Positions 8,371 through 18,134 of a DNA stretch of 64,000 nucleotides are shown here, one piece after another. Origin of the DNA: Verrucomicrobiales bacterium (GTDB lineage Bacteria > Verrucomicrobiota > Verrucomicrobiia > Verrucomicrobiales > DEV007); NCBI GenBank assembly GCA_035513055.1, contig DATKCT010000149.1:63845-127844 (forward strand). Reading direction: 5' to 3'. Every line of letters starts with the position of its first letter. Within the stretch, counting starts at the first letter, position 1. The position numbers and the translations under genes are program-made. The notes under the pieces are model-generated. The model had not been told where the DNA came from. It was given only the letters and a program-made list of their open reading frames with translations, and ran no database searches.

Positions 8371-10476
8371 TTAGCCCTCTTGAAGTGCGGCCTGCTGCCG
8401 GCCGTGGCATCGGGCGGCGTAGAGAATCTCCACCAGGACGAGTCCCAACGCCGCCAACAACAGATACCACCAAATCTTCTGTTGCGCCTCCCTATCGAAG
8501 GCGGTCAGAATTCGACGAACCTTCCCGTCCGAACCTGTTTCCACCGCGGGCTGGTCCGCATTTCCGGACCGGCTCAAGGCCCTTTCGAAAACGGCGGGTT
8601 CGACCTCTTCAAGCTGACTCTCAGCCGGATGGAGATTCACCGCATAACGAATCTGATCGACGCCGGCTTCGACCACGTAGATGCCGGGTTCTCCTGTTTC
8701 GGTCCAAGTGGCCGCGCCTTCCGCGATGGCGCGGGGCACTCCATCGGGCGGAGTGATGACCACTCCCGGTTTGGAGGGAAGAGGAATGGGATCTCCGATC
8801 CACAACACCGGTTCCCGGAGCAGGTTCCCGCGGCTTTGTTGGAAGATGCCGAAGAGAAGGGGAATAAACTTGCTGGAAACGGCGAGCTGGCTGTCGCGCC
8901 GGCCCCAACCGGAAGTGAACACGAGCAGGGACCCGGCGCCGGCACGCTGTTCGAGCCAGAGGGGATCCCGGGTGTCAAAGGAGGCGATCACTTCCGCGGA
9001 GGGGAACGCAGCCGGGTCGACTCGGCGGTAGCGCCAGAAATGGAGCCGCGTAAAATCTCCGAAACGCGCGTCGGCGAAGGGTTCCAATAGGGGATGAGCG
9101 CGGTTCACCGTGCTGATGACTGCATAATCGGCGGGAACGACTTCTTCGGCGGCGAGAACGTCCGCGGCCCCGGCCAGCCTCGTCAGGGCGAGCGCAGCTT
9201 CCGGGCGATCGAGCAGATAGAGGATCCGGCCGCCGCCATCTAACCAAGGCAGAAGCAGCTCGAGGCTGTCATCGGGAATCTCCCCGGTGGCCACTGTCAG
9301 TTGGAAGGAGGTCAAATCCAGATCTTCCAAGGATTGATCCAGGGTTCGCTCGACCAATTCAGGCCGGAAAGAAGGCGTGGCCAGGAGAGCGCGGCGCAAG
9401 AAAAAGAGATTGCCGTCCGGGCTCGCCGCATCCCCAGGACCGTAGTAAAGGATGCGAAAGGGGGTCTCCGGCGGAGGGCTGACATACCAACGGTTGTCAA
9501 AATCATGGGTATCTCCATCTAAGGCGAGAGCGGCGGGTGTTTCGTTAGTGGGAAAGGCCGGAGCTTCGGCAATCCGCGAGGCTCCAGGAATGATCTGCAC
9601 CGGAACGGCCTGGCCAAGAGGCTTTGATGCCGCCGTGATCCAAGTCAATTGGACCGCGCCGGCTTTCGTCGCGGCGTTGGCGAGAAGGCGGGCCCGGCGG
9701 CGCGGTTCCTCGTCCAGTCTTGCGTCCTGTTCCCGAGGCAAGACTTGGAGGGAGGCGTTGGCAGGTTCGTGTACCTCGAGCGGCACGGGACGAAAGCGCA
9801 TGTTGGCGGGCCAGTCGTGCTGTTCCAGCGTCTCGAATCCTTCTCCGCGTTGGAAATCGGAGATCAACACGAGTTCGCGGGTGCGATCGCCGCCCAGCTC
9901 GGCGCAATGGCTTTCCAGGTCTCCAGCGGCGGCGGCCAGAGCTTCCACGGTGCGGGTGCGTTCCCAGCTAGGTTGCAGCGTTTCCAGAGCCGCCTCGACC
10001 AACCGCTGCCGCTCCGATTCCAGCGGGGCGCGTTCCCATTGATCGAAGGAGATCAGGAGGTCGGTCCGGTCGCCGAAAGCGGCGAGTTGGAGGGCGTCTC
10101 CTAACTGAAGTCCGCCCGCTTCTCGCCGGACCTCTTGTTTGGCTCGCTCCCACAGGTCCTCGCGCCGCATGGAGGCGCTGCGGTCGATCAGGATGGCCAC
10201 GGTGCGTCCGTCGTCAGGGGCCACCAGCGGATTCTCCTGCTTCAGGAAGGGGCGGGCGAAGGCCAAGGCGATGAGCGCCAGCAAGGCACAGCGCAGCAAG
10301 AGGAGGAGGAGATTCTCGAGCCGGCGATTTCGCTTCTCGCGAATCGGCGTCGGCGACAAGAACATGAGCGTGCTGAATCGCACCTTCTCTCTGGTATGCC
10401 GGTGGCGGAAATGCAATGCGACCGGAATGGCCAGCGCGGCGAGTCCGGCGAGGTAAAGCGGAAAGAGGAAGCTCAT
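8371..10476 (-). CDS. BatA-like protein: aerotolerance-regulator N-terminal double-TM domain followed by a VWA-like region
   Basis: 701 aa. MSFLFPLYLAGLAALAIPVALHFRHRH...LLLLLLRCALLALIALAFARPF is the classic double-TM N-terminal domain. VAILIDRSASM is a VWA-like start. A C-terminal TM helix is present. The ATG overlaps the DUF58 stop as ATGA (10473-10476). Confidence 0.8.
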   Translation of the reverse strand: MSFLFPLYLAGLAALAIPVALHFRHRHTREKVRFSTLMFLSPTPIREKRNRRLENLLLLLLRCALLALIALAFARPFLKQENPLVAPDDGRTVAILIDRSASMRREDLWERAKQEVRREAGGLQLGDALQLAAFGDRTDLLISFDQWERAPLESERQRLVEAALETLQPSWERTRTVEALAAAAGDLESHCAELGGDRTRELVLISDFQRGEGFETLEQHDWPANMRFRPVPLEVHEPANASLQVLPREQDARLDEEPRRRARLLANAATKAGAVQLTWITAASKPLGQAVPVQIIPGASRIAEAPAFPTNETPAALALDGDTHDFDNRWYVSPPPETPFRILYYGPGDAASPDGNLFFLRRALLATPSFRPELVERTLDQSLEDLDLTSFQLTVATGEIPDDSLELLLPWLDGGGRILYLLDRPEAALALTRLAGAADVLAAEEVVPADYAVISTVNRAHPLLEPFADARFGDFTRLHFWRYRRVDPAAFPSAEVIASFDTRDPLWLEQRAGAGSLLVFTSGWGRRDSQLAVSSKFIPLLFGIFQQSRGNLLREPVLWIGDPIPLPSKPGVVITPPDGVPRAIAEGAATWTETGEPGIYVVEAGVDQIRYAVNLHPAESQLEEVEPAVFERALSRSGNADQPAVETGSDGKVRRILTAFDREAQQKIWWYLLLAALGLVLVEILYAARCHGRQQAALQEG

Positions 10477-11390
10477 GCCCGCGTTTTCCGTTTCTGGTGG
10501 ATGCCGGACCGGCGGCGCAACAGGTCGTAGAGCGCATCAAAGAAAGACGCATCGGTGCGAACGGGGAGGAAATCGATGGCATGCCGCCGGCACAAGGCGC
10601 GGAGGGCCTCGTCGTGTTCCTGGAAGCGTTGCCGGTAGAGGGGCCCGGCAGTGGCGGGGTTCAGGTAGAGGATGCGGCCGGTCTCGAGGTCTTCGAACCG
10701 GGCGGTGCGCGAGAATCCAAAGTCCAGCTCGGCGGGGTCCAAAATCCGATAGACGACGACGTCGTGACCGGCCCGGGCCAAATAGCCGAACTGCGTTTGC
10801 AGTCCTTCAATGGGAGCGAGAAGGTCGGAGACCAAAACCGTAAGGCAACGGCGGCGAGCCCTGGGCAGGTAATCGTCGAGGGCCTTCTTGACGTCGGTTT
10901 CGCCGGGGGCGGATTCCCGAACCAGGCCCGCCAAGATGTGCTGGAGTTGTCCCTTTCGCCGGGAAGGCGGCAGATCGTCGAGGATATGACTGGCGAAGGT
11001 CATCATGCCCACGGCGTCCCCTTGACCCAAAAGAAACCAGGCAAATGTGGCGGCCAAGGTGGCCGCGTACTCCGCCTTGGTGTAGTCTCCCGATCCGAAG
11101 CGCATGGAGCGGCTCAGATCGACGAGGAGCCGGCATTCCAGATTGGTCTCCGCCTCGAACTTGCGGATACAAAGGCGGTCGCTTCGGGCCATCAACTTCC
11201 AATCCAGGTGGCGCAAGTCGTCGCCCGGCGAGTAGGCCCGGTATTCGCTAAACTCGACCGACGAGCCGTGATAGGGACTCCGGTGCAGTCCCTGGAGGAA
11301 ACCTTCGAGGATGAGGCGCGCCCGCAGCTCGAGTGAACGGATTCGCATGAGCGACTCCACGTCGATCCGGTTGGAAGCGGGGGCGCTCAT
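10473..11390 (-). CDS. DUF58 domain protein (MoxR-associated, VWA-like)
   Basis: Motifs HRSPYHGSSVEFSEYRAYSPGDDLRHLDWK are typical of DUF58. I place the start at the ATG at 11390 (MSAPASNRIDVES...) rather than the track's 11519, which would overlap moxR. Confidence 0.85.
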   Translation of the reverse strand: MSAPASNRIDVESLMRIRSLELRARLILEGFLQGLHRSPYHGSSVEFSEYRAYSPGDDLRHLDWKLMARSDRLCIRKFEAETNLECRLLVDLSRSMRFGSGDYTKAEYAATLAATFAWFLLGQGDAVGMMTFASHILDDLPPSRRKGQLQHILAGLVRESAPGETDVKKALDDYLPRARRRCLTVLVSDLLAPIEGLQTQFGYLARAGHDVVVYRILDPAELDFGFSRTARFEDLETGRILYLNPATAGPLYRQRFQEHDEALRALCRRHAIDFLPVRTDASFFDALYDLLRRRSGIHQKRKTRA

Positions 11391-11412
11391 GATGCGGGAC
11401 GATCCGGCGGCG

Positions 11413-12429
11413 TCACAGAATCTCGTTGACGAGCCGCTCGATGACGGTTTCCACGTTGACCCCGTCCGCTTCGGCGCGGTAATTAAGGAGTATGCGGTGA
11501 CGGAGCACCGGCGCGGCAAGCGCCCTGAGATCCTCGAAGTTCACATGACTGCGTCCGTGCATGAGGGCGCGGGTCTTGGCCCCCAACACGAGATTCTGGC
11601 CGGCGCGAAGGCCCGCGCCCCAAGAGATCCATTCCTTGACGAAGTCCGGAGCGTCGCTTTGCCCCGGGCGCGAGCGGGCCGCCAGTTGAACCGCGCGCCG
11701 GGCCACTTCTTCGGCGATGGGGACTTTCCGGACGATCTCATTGAAGGCGAGCAGGTCGGACCCATGAAAGAGCGTTTCGAGTTTTTCCTGGCGCAGGCCG
11801 GTTGTCTTGGCGACGACCGCCACTTCCACGTCTTCCGGAAGATAATCGACCCTGACATTGAACATGAAACGGTCCAACTGCGCTTCCGGCAGCGGATAGG
11901 TGCCGTCCATTTCGATCGGATTCTGCGTGGCTAGCACGAAGAAGGGTCGAGTCAGCGGATAGGTCGTGCCCGCGACGGTAACTTGGTACTCCTGCATGGA
12001 TTCCAGGAGCGCCGCTTGAGTTTTCGGAGGAGTCCGGTTGATCTCGTCCGCGAGGATCATGTTGGCGAACAGAGGGCCTGGAACAAAGCGCATCCGCCGC
12101 CCTTCTTCGGTTTCTTGGAGAATCTCCGTGCCGGTAATGTCGGCAGGCATGAGGTCGGGGGTGAACTGAATGCGTTGGAACTCCAGGTCGAAGATCTGGG
12201 CGATCGATTTGACCAACAGCGTCTTGGCCAAGCCGGGCGCTCCGGTGAGCAGGCAGTTCCCGCCGGCGAAAAGCGCGATCAGCAATTGCTCAATCACTTC
12301 TTCCTGGCCCAGGACGGCCTTGCGCAGTTCTTCCTCGATCCTGCCGCGAGCCACCTCCAAACGGGCGACGGCATCGCGGTCATGTTCGTAAGCTGGATCT
12401 CGAGGCAGGGGTTGCGCGGGCATGGTCAT
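11413..12429 (-). CDS. MoxR-family AAA+ ATPase
   Basis: Walker A LLTGAPGLAKT; RIQFTPDLMPADITGTEI; ILADEINRTPPKTQAALLESMQE. I place the start at the ATG at 12429 (MTMPAQPL), just downstream of the DUF4159 stop at 12471. Confidence 0.9.
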   Translation of the reverse strand: MTMPAQPLPRDPAYEHDRDAVARLEVARGRIEEELRKAVLGQEEVIEQLLIALFAGGNCLLTGAPGLAKTLLVKSIAQIFDLEFQRIQFTPDLMPADITGTEILQETEEGRRMRFVPGPLFANMILADEINRTPPKTQAALLESMQEYQVTVAGTTYPLTRPFFVLATQNPIEMDGTYPLPEAQLDRFMFNVRVDYLPEDVEVAVVAKTTGLRQEKLETLFHGSDLLAFNEIVRKVPIAEEVARRAVQLAARSRPGQSDAPDFVKEWISWGAGLRAGQNLVLGAKTRALMHGRSHVNFEDLRALAAPVLRHRILLNYRAEADGVNVETVIERLVNEIL

Positions 12430-12470
12430 AAGCGGGGCCGCCGGACAGCGGAATTTAGGGAAATGGATAG

Positions 12471-13337
12471 TCAGTGCGTAAGCGCGTAGAAAAGAATGTT
12501 GATGCCCATCGGGTAGGCTTTCGCTTCGGAGAACACCCGGAAATACCACTCGTCCTCACCTTCCCGCTCCCAGCCGTCGCCAAGATCGGTATTGTGGCAG
12601 ATGATCATCATCATGCGCCCGGCGTCGTCGAACATAGCCCGATAGTGGACTTCTTCGGCGCCGGGCTTGTTGGCTTCATAGGTGATGCCGTAGGGCCGGC
12701 CTTGATGAGCCCAGTCAATCGAGGGAACCTGGGGCTTCTCCTTGAGATCAAAGACAGCGCGGAAAACGGGATGATCGAGTTCCAGGTCGACGATGGGCCG
12801 GCCGGGAAAAACCCGTTTGATCTCCGTCTCGAAATTGTCCCACTCCCAGTCTCCCCAAAAATCGTCAACCATGAGAAAGCCTCCGTTCAGGAGGTAACGG
12901 CCTAAGATCTCAACCTCTTGCGCCGTAAAATAGAGGCCGCCCGGTTCGACCATGTAAACGAAGGGGAAGTCGAAGAGGCGCGGGTCGGTGATGGCAAGGT
13001 GGACTCCTGTCGGATGCACTTGCAAAGAAGTCAACTGCTGCAAGCGATACGAAAAATTAAGGTCGCTGTCAGGGTAATCCGTGGCCCAATCCCCGCCGTG
13101 ACCTCTCCTTCCCCGGCCGCGTCCCCGGCCGCCTCCATTGTACTCCAGACGCACGAAGGTGAAGACGTCGTTGGGCAACTCGGAGTCCTGCTCCCACATG
13201 GGAACGCCATTGCGCATTTCGGGATCGGTGAGATCGAGGTTGTCGCCCCAGCGGCGGCGCCATTGCGCCGCCAAAACGACGGCCGTGACCAGCAAAATGA
13301 TCACGGTGCAAGCGAAAGAGCGGGATCGGAAGAGCAT
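12471..13337 (-). CDS. DUF4159-like membrane-anchored protein
   Basis: N-terminal TM helix (FACTVIILLVTAVVLAAQW). Body with DYPDSDLNFSYRL...FDFPFVYMVEPG...LLNGGFLMVDDFWG, typical of DUF4159 proteins that precede moxR. The start is either 13337 (no overlap with the upstream stop at 13342) or 13376. Confidence 0.75.
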   Translation of the reverse strand: MLFRSRSFACTVIILLVTAVVLAAQWRRRWGDNLDLTDPEMRNGVPMWEQDSELPNDVFTFVRLEYNGGGRGRGRGRRGHGGDWATDYPDSDLNFSYRLQQLTSLQVHPTGVHLAITDPRLFDFPFVYMVEPGGLYFTAQEVEILGRYLLNGGFLMVDDFWGDWEWDNFETEIKRVFPGRPIVDLELDHPVFRAVFDLKEKPQVPSIDWAHQGRPYGITYEANKPGAEEVHYRAMFDDAGRMMMIICHNTDLGDGWEREGEDEWYFRVFSEAKAYPMGINILFYALTH

Positions 13338-13341
13338 GCGA

Positions 13342-15900
13342 TTAGTTGGCCAGTTCCAAAAGAAGCCTTTGGGCATCCCGGAAACGCGGAGAAGCGGCCA
13401 GGGAGTCCAGCACGTGCCGCCGGGCCAGCAGGGGATCCTCCTCTTTCAAAAGCCGGGCGATGCGAAAGTGAACGCGCGCGGGGTTGTCGGCGCCGATGCG
13501 CAGCAGCCGGCGGAATGTCCCGGTGGCGGCTGAAGCCTCGCCCAGAGCTTCTTGCGCCTCTCCCAGCCGCCACTGAGCGCGGGTCACGAAAGGATTGACC
13601 GACAGCGCTCGAGTCGCCGCGTGGCGCACGGCTTCCCAGTTCTCCTCTTCGCCCTCCAAGTCCAACAACCGGAGCATGGCTTCGAGATCCTCAGAAGACC
13701 GGCGGACCAGTTCCCACAGTGCGGCGGCTTCCCTTTCCTTGTCGGCGCGCTGCCGGTGGATCTGGGCGATGGCGCCATGCACGGGATCCATGGCCGGGCT
13801 GTCCGGATTCAGGGCGATGAGCGATTCCGCTTCGCTTAAGGCTTCGTCAAGCTGACCCTCCACCAACAGACTGCGGACGAGGGCGAGACGAATATAGAAA
13901 TTGGCCGGACGGCTCTCCAATGCGGTCCGGAGGTCCGCGCTGCCGGCCACATCGTTGCCCAACGCCGCCGGCGACCAATCCAGACCGGCGCTGAAGGCTT
14001 CGGCCAGCGACTGGGCATAAGCGCGAAAACCGGTTTCCAACTCGTCCAGTGACGCGACAACGCTTTCGAACGCCTGACCCACAGGCTCGCCACGTCCAAT
14101 CGCGTCCAAGACTCGCCGCAAGGCCTCGTCGTCATGTTCGGAAATGAAATAGTCGACGAAAAGTCCGGATTGATAGTATCCGAAAAGGAGATCCTCGGGT
14201 TGCTCCGGTCGCACAAAGGCCTCGTTGAGCGAGTCGAGCGGGATCAGGCCGCCCTCGCGCAAAATGCGGTCGCGCTCCGCCGGCGTCATGCGCCGCACGG
14301 CGCCGGGATCGCGGCGGCCCTCTTCATAGACCGATATGCCCTCGCTCAGCCAGCGCGGAAGCCGGTTCCGGGTAGCGCCTAGTGTCACCGCATGACAATA
14401 CTCGTGCCACAACGTCGATTCCCAATTGCTGACCCGCGCCCCGATTCCGCCGGGACTGTTCATGGTCACGACATAACCGAAACACGCTCCGAGAATGCCG
14501 TCGCCGCCAAGGAACCCAAAGGTCCGTATGGCGAAATCTTGCTGTTCCGGAAAGAACTCGACGAGTACGGGCCGGCTCGGATTGAATCCGAAACGCGGGT
14601 GAAGCTGCTCCCGGGCTTCTTCCAGCAGTTCAAACACTCGCTCCCCGTAAATGGCCATTTCGTTCGATTCCATGCGCACGATGAAATCCCCGCGCCGCTC
14701 CAGGGTATAACCCCGGATTTGGTCATAGAGCGTCAACAGATTGTAAATCGGGACGTTGTAGGGATCATCGTCGTGAAGCTGTTCGACCAGCCGCCAGGCT
14801 TCTTCTTCCTCCCCGAGGCGAAGCAGTTGCTGGGCCAGCTCGATGCGGGAAGGCAAATGGCCGGGATCGATTTCGAGCGCGCGGCGCAACGCGGCCACCC
14901 CTTCGGCAAAGCGCATCTTCGTTCCCAGCCAATTGCCGATGAGATAATCGGGCTCAGGGTCTCCGGCGCGCCCGCCCAGCGCGCTCTCCCGAAACTTTTG
15001 CTCCTCGGTTCCGTCGCCGTGGAGATGGGCCAACACCGAGCGCATGGACCACAGCGCGGGCAAGTGGTTATTGACCTTCTCCGCTTGATTGAGGGTTTCT
15101 TGGGCTCCGTCGAATTGGTCGGTGAGAAGCTGATGCTCGGCGGCGAGGAGCAGAGAAGGGGTGTGCCGGGGGTTGTCCTGGAGCTGCGCCTGCACCAGTT
15201 CCATGGCGTAGGGACGGTCGCTGTTGAAAAATGCGCGAGCCAGACCGTGGCGCAGATCGGGATGTTTGGGATCGAGGGCGAGACCAGCCCGGAACTTCTC
15301 GGCCGCGAGCTGGTAATCGTACTTTTCCATGGCCAGTTCGCCGGCGTAGAGGAAGCAAGCCGGGTTCTCCGGTTCTCGCTTCTGCATTTCGGCATAGACA
15401 CCCTCGAGCACTTGCTTGGAATCGAGTCCCAGCAACACAAGACCCCGGCCGAAAGCGAGGGCGTCCTCCGCGGTGAATAAGTAGCGCTGGTAATAGCGGA
15501 GCCGGTCGAGGGTCTGTTCGGCGGCGTCCGCCAGCCCCAGATCCGTCTCCAGATTGTAACGGAGCAGTTGACCCTGCGCGGTCCGATGCAGCTCGACGAT
15601 CTCCTGGAGCTGCTCAAGCGCTTCCTCATAGCGGCCAAGATCAGCCAGAGAACGCACTAGCAGTACTGCGGGCTCGCGCGTGTCGTCGGAAATGTCATCC
15701 AGGAGCCCCGGCGCACGTTCCACCACCTCTTCGTATTTCCCGGAGCGATACCAGGAACGGAGTTCCTCTGCTGGTTGCAGTTCCTCGGCAAAGGGATCGT
15801 CGGGTTCTGGCGGAGTTTCTTGCGCGAATCCGAACCCTCCACTCACGCTCGAGAGCGCGTAGATCCATCCAATCAGCTTTAGGATACGCCGGTTGCGCAT
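13342..15900 (-). CDS. Secreted TPR-repeat protein with an HExxH (peptidase MA-like) motif
   Basis: Signal-like N-terminus from the ATG at 15900 (MRNRRILKLIGWIYALSSVSGGFGFAQE). Multiple TPR-like helical repeats. TLWHEYCHAVTLG contains HExxH, with LSEGISVYEE downstream as a possible third ligand. Confidence 0.7.
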   Translation of the reverse strand: MRNRRILKLIGWIYALSSVSGGFGFAQETPPEPDDPFAEELQPAEELRSWYRSGKYEEVVERAPGLLDDISDDTREPAVLLVRSLADLGRYEEALEQLQEIVELHRTAQGQLLRYNLETDLGLADAAEQTLDRLRYYQRYLFTAEDALAFGRGLVLLGLDSKQVLEGVYAEMQKREPENPACFLYAGELAMEKYDYQLAAEKFRAGLALDPKHPDLRHGLARAFFNSDRPYAMELVQAQLQDNPRHTPSLLLAAEHQLLTDQFDGAQETLNQAEKVNNHLPALWSMRSVLAHLHGDGTEEQKFRESALGGRAGDPEPDYLIGNWLGTKMRFAEGVAALRRALEIDPGHLPSRIELAQQLLRLGEEEEAWRLVEQLHDDDPYNVPIYNLLTLYDQIRGYTLERRGDFIVRMESNEMAIYGERVFELLEEAREQLHPRFGFNPSRPVLVEFFPEQQDFAIRTFGFLGGDGILGACFGYVVTMNSPGGIGARVSNWESTLWHEYCHAVTLGATRNRLPRWLSEGISVYEEGRRDPGAVRRMTPAERDRILREGGLIPLDSLNEAFVRPEQPEDLLFGYYQSGLFVDYFISEHDDEALRRVLDAIGRGEPVGQAFESVVASLDELETGFRAYAQSLAEAFSAGLDWSPAALGNDVAGSADLRTALESRPANFYIRLALVRSLLVEGQLDEALSEAESLIALNPDSPAMDPVHGAIAQIHRQRADKEREAAALWELVRRSSEDLEAMLRLLDLEGEEENWEAVRHAATRALSVNPFVTRAQWRLGEAQEALGEASAATGTFRRLLRIGADNPARVHFRIARLLKEEDPLLARRHVLDSLAASPRFRDAQRLLLELAN

Positions 15901-16303
15901 GTGGGACGCGGGGGGTTCCGCGAAAACTCTACATGGAGCCCGAGAGGTGGAAACCCGAAAAACGGTGACCCGGAAAGCCGCTACCCGCGCGCTCGCGAGA
16001 AATCCGGCAGCCGTCATCATCCCACAAGAAACCCGCCAGGCGCGGTTGGGTCGCGCGGCGGGGCGAGGATTCTCGAGCCGGGTGCAGTTCTTCCCCCGTA
16101 GCGGAGCGCCTCAGCGTTCAGGTGCAGCTTCGGCCGGCGGGGAATCCGAAACAGAGTGAAGGCGGACATGCGAACGGGCGCCGAAACGCCCAGGATCGCG
16201 CGTGGGCCCGCATTTGCGCGGGCTACGCAGCGGAGCGGGCCGTCATTCCTTTCCACCGTCAAGACTACCTTGAGCGCAGAAACCGGAACGCTATGTTCCA
16301 TCG

Positions 16304-16516
16304 ATGCCCATTTACGATTTCCACTGTCCGTCCTGCGAAAGCGACCACGAAATCCTCGTCCGGTCCTCCGCGGACTGGAAGGAAACCCGCTGCCCGCAGT
16401 GCGGATCCCGGCCGCTGCGCAAAAAGCTCTCCGTCTTCGCCGCCGCTTCGACCGCCGGCGAAGCGTCCCCTTGTTCGGGCAACCCGCGATCCTGCGGCCG
16501 TTGTGCGCAGGACTGA
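16304..16516 (+). CDS. FmdB-family zinc-ribbon protein
   Basis: MPIYDFHCPSCESDHEILV...TRCPQCGS matches the FmdB CxxC...CxxC signature. 70 aa. Confidence 0.8.
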   Translation: MPIYDFHCPSCESDHEILVRSSADWKETRCPQCGSRPLRKKLSVFAAASTAGEASPCSGNPRSCGRCAQD

Positions 16517-16520
16517 TGCC

Positions 16521-17300
16521 ATGCTGCGTCCGGCGCCTCAAACCATCATTCCCCCGGCCCTCGTGGAACAATTGCGGGAGGCGCGCAGCGTCGCCGTCCT
16601 GACCGGCGCGGGGATTTCTGCGGAAAGCGGTGTCCCGACGTTTCGCGATGCCCTAACGGGACTGTGGGAACAATTCCGGCCCCAGGAACTTGCCACACCG
16701 GAAGCCTTTCTGCAAAACCCGAAGCTGGTGTGGGAATGGTACGCCTGGCGCCGCAAGCTCATCAACACAGTCTCCCCCAACCCGGGACACGAGGCCATCG
16801 CCAAGATGGCGAAGCGATTCCAAGAATTCACACTCATCACTCAGAATGTCGATGGCCTCCACCAACGGGCCGGTAACGTGGATGTCCTGGAGCTGCACGG
16901 AAATCTCCATCGCGTTCGCTGTCTGGATCATCACCACATTGCCGCGGCAATTCCGGATCCGGACGTGATCGCCCCACGCTGCGCGGAATGCGGCAGCCTG
17001 CTCCGGCCTGACATCGTCTGGTTCGGGGAGGCCCTCCCGGCCGGGACTTACCGGCGAGCCGAGGAAGCCGCCTCCGCCTGCGATGTGTTTCTCAGCCTGG
17101 GAACGTCCGGGATCGTCTACCCCGCCGCCGGACTGCCCCAGCTCGCCGCCAGCCGCGGCATCTGCCTGGTGGAAATCAACACTACCGAAACCGAACTCAG
17201 CCGGCTGATGACCTATTGTCTGCGCGGTCCCACCGGCAGAATCCTTCCTCAATTGTTAGAACAGTTAGATCAACGCGCCGGCGGCGAGCCCCGAGTCTAA
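16521..17300 (+). CDS. cobB: NAD-dependent protein deacylase (Sir2/CobB family)
   Basis: VLTGAGISAESGVPTFR, QNVDGLHQRAG, ELHGN, a CxxC Zn site (CAECGSLLRPDIVWFGE) and LGTSGIVYPAA. The ATG at 16521 lies 4 nt after the fmdB-like stop. Confidence 0.9.
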   Translation: MLRPAPQTIIPPALVEQLREARSVAVLTGAGISAESGVPTFRDALTGLWEQFRPQELATPEAFLQNPKLVWEWYAWRRKLINTVSPNPGHEAIAKMAKRFQEFTLITQNVDGLHQRAGNVDVLELHGNLHRVRCLDHHHIAAAIPDPDVIAPRCAECGSLLRPDIVWFGEALPAGTYRRAEEAASACDVFLSLGTSGIVYPAAGLPQLAASRGICLVEINTTETELSRLMTYCLRGPTGRILPQLLEQLDQRAGGEPRV

Positions 17301-18030
17301 TCTTCCACCACCACATCGTCGAGGTAGAACCCTGTTCCATTTGGCTCACCATCGTCGCTCAGGAATAGAAATTCGATGATCACCCGCTGTTCCCTCGCCG
17401 CTGCCGGCACACTTTGCCTGAACTCGGTCCATCCCGGGGTTGTGCCCCAAAAGATGCTTTCACTGACAAACAGCTCCACCTCGCCGGACTCGTCGAGATA
17501 CTTCAATTGCACGCCTTCGGCGCCTTCCGTGGCGTCGACATAATACCAGAAACTGAGCCGGGGCCGCGCTACGCCCGTGAGATCAATGACCGGAGTCCGA
17601 CATCGGGAGCGCTCACCAACGTCGCCTGATGCCATTCGCCGTCGTTGATCGCAGTCGTCCCCTGGGAAACATCGGCATTCCCACCGTTACCCGTCAGCAC
17701 CGACTCGCCTCCGCGCCGGTGGATGAGCCAGCGGTTGTCTTCCCCTTTTGCGATAAGAGCCTGCCAGTCCTTTTCAAAGGCGTTCACCCGGAACCAAGCC
17801 GTCACGGTGAACCCCGTCTGGTTTCCCTCCTCATCAAAGCCGTCGAACCTCGCCTCGTTGCTCGGATTGACTTCCACGAATTCGTTCACTCCGTTCAATT
17901 GCAAAGACTGCCCGATTTTTCCTTCAGCAAAGGTGGGCACGCCGCCTCCTCCCATGAGCGCGCCGTCGCTGTCCGCGACGCCGTCATCCAGTGTGGGAGC
18001 AAATGGAAGGTAGAAAGTTCTACTCTCGGA
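17297..18030 (-). pseudogene. Remnant of a secreted LamG (concanavalin-like) plus MAM/anchor-J-like domain gene; 5'-truncated and frameshifted
   Basis: One frame reads TFYLPFAPTLDDGV...FAEGKIGQSLQLNGVNEFVEV...FTVTAWFRVN...DGEWHQATLVS, which is LamG-like. It stops at 17569. A second frame (17297-17635) continues with PVIDLTGVARPRLSFWYYVD...GFYLDDVVVED. No signal peptide is present. The upstream extension overlaps the ALDH gene and reads as Arg/Pro-rich junk. Confidence 0.5.
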
Positions 18031-18134
18031 TCGATCCGGAACCTCCACCGCGCAACCCACCGGGACCCGCAGCGCCAGGACGCCAGAGGCGGTCCCTTGG
18101 CCGCCGCCGCTGGAAATGCTAGACTGTCCGCCGT

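Noticed and set aside
15901-16303. A 400-nt intergenic gap examined for ncRNA (6S, SRP, RNase P, tmRNA)
   Set aside because: No diagnostic conserved blocks are visible, for example the GAGGAAAGUCC of RNase P or the SRP GGAA tetraloop context. It is most simply a divergent promoter region.
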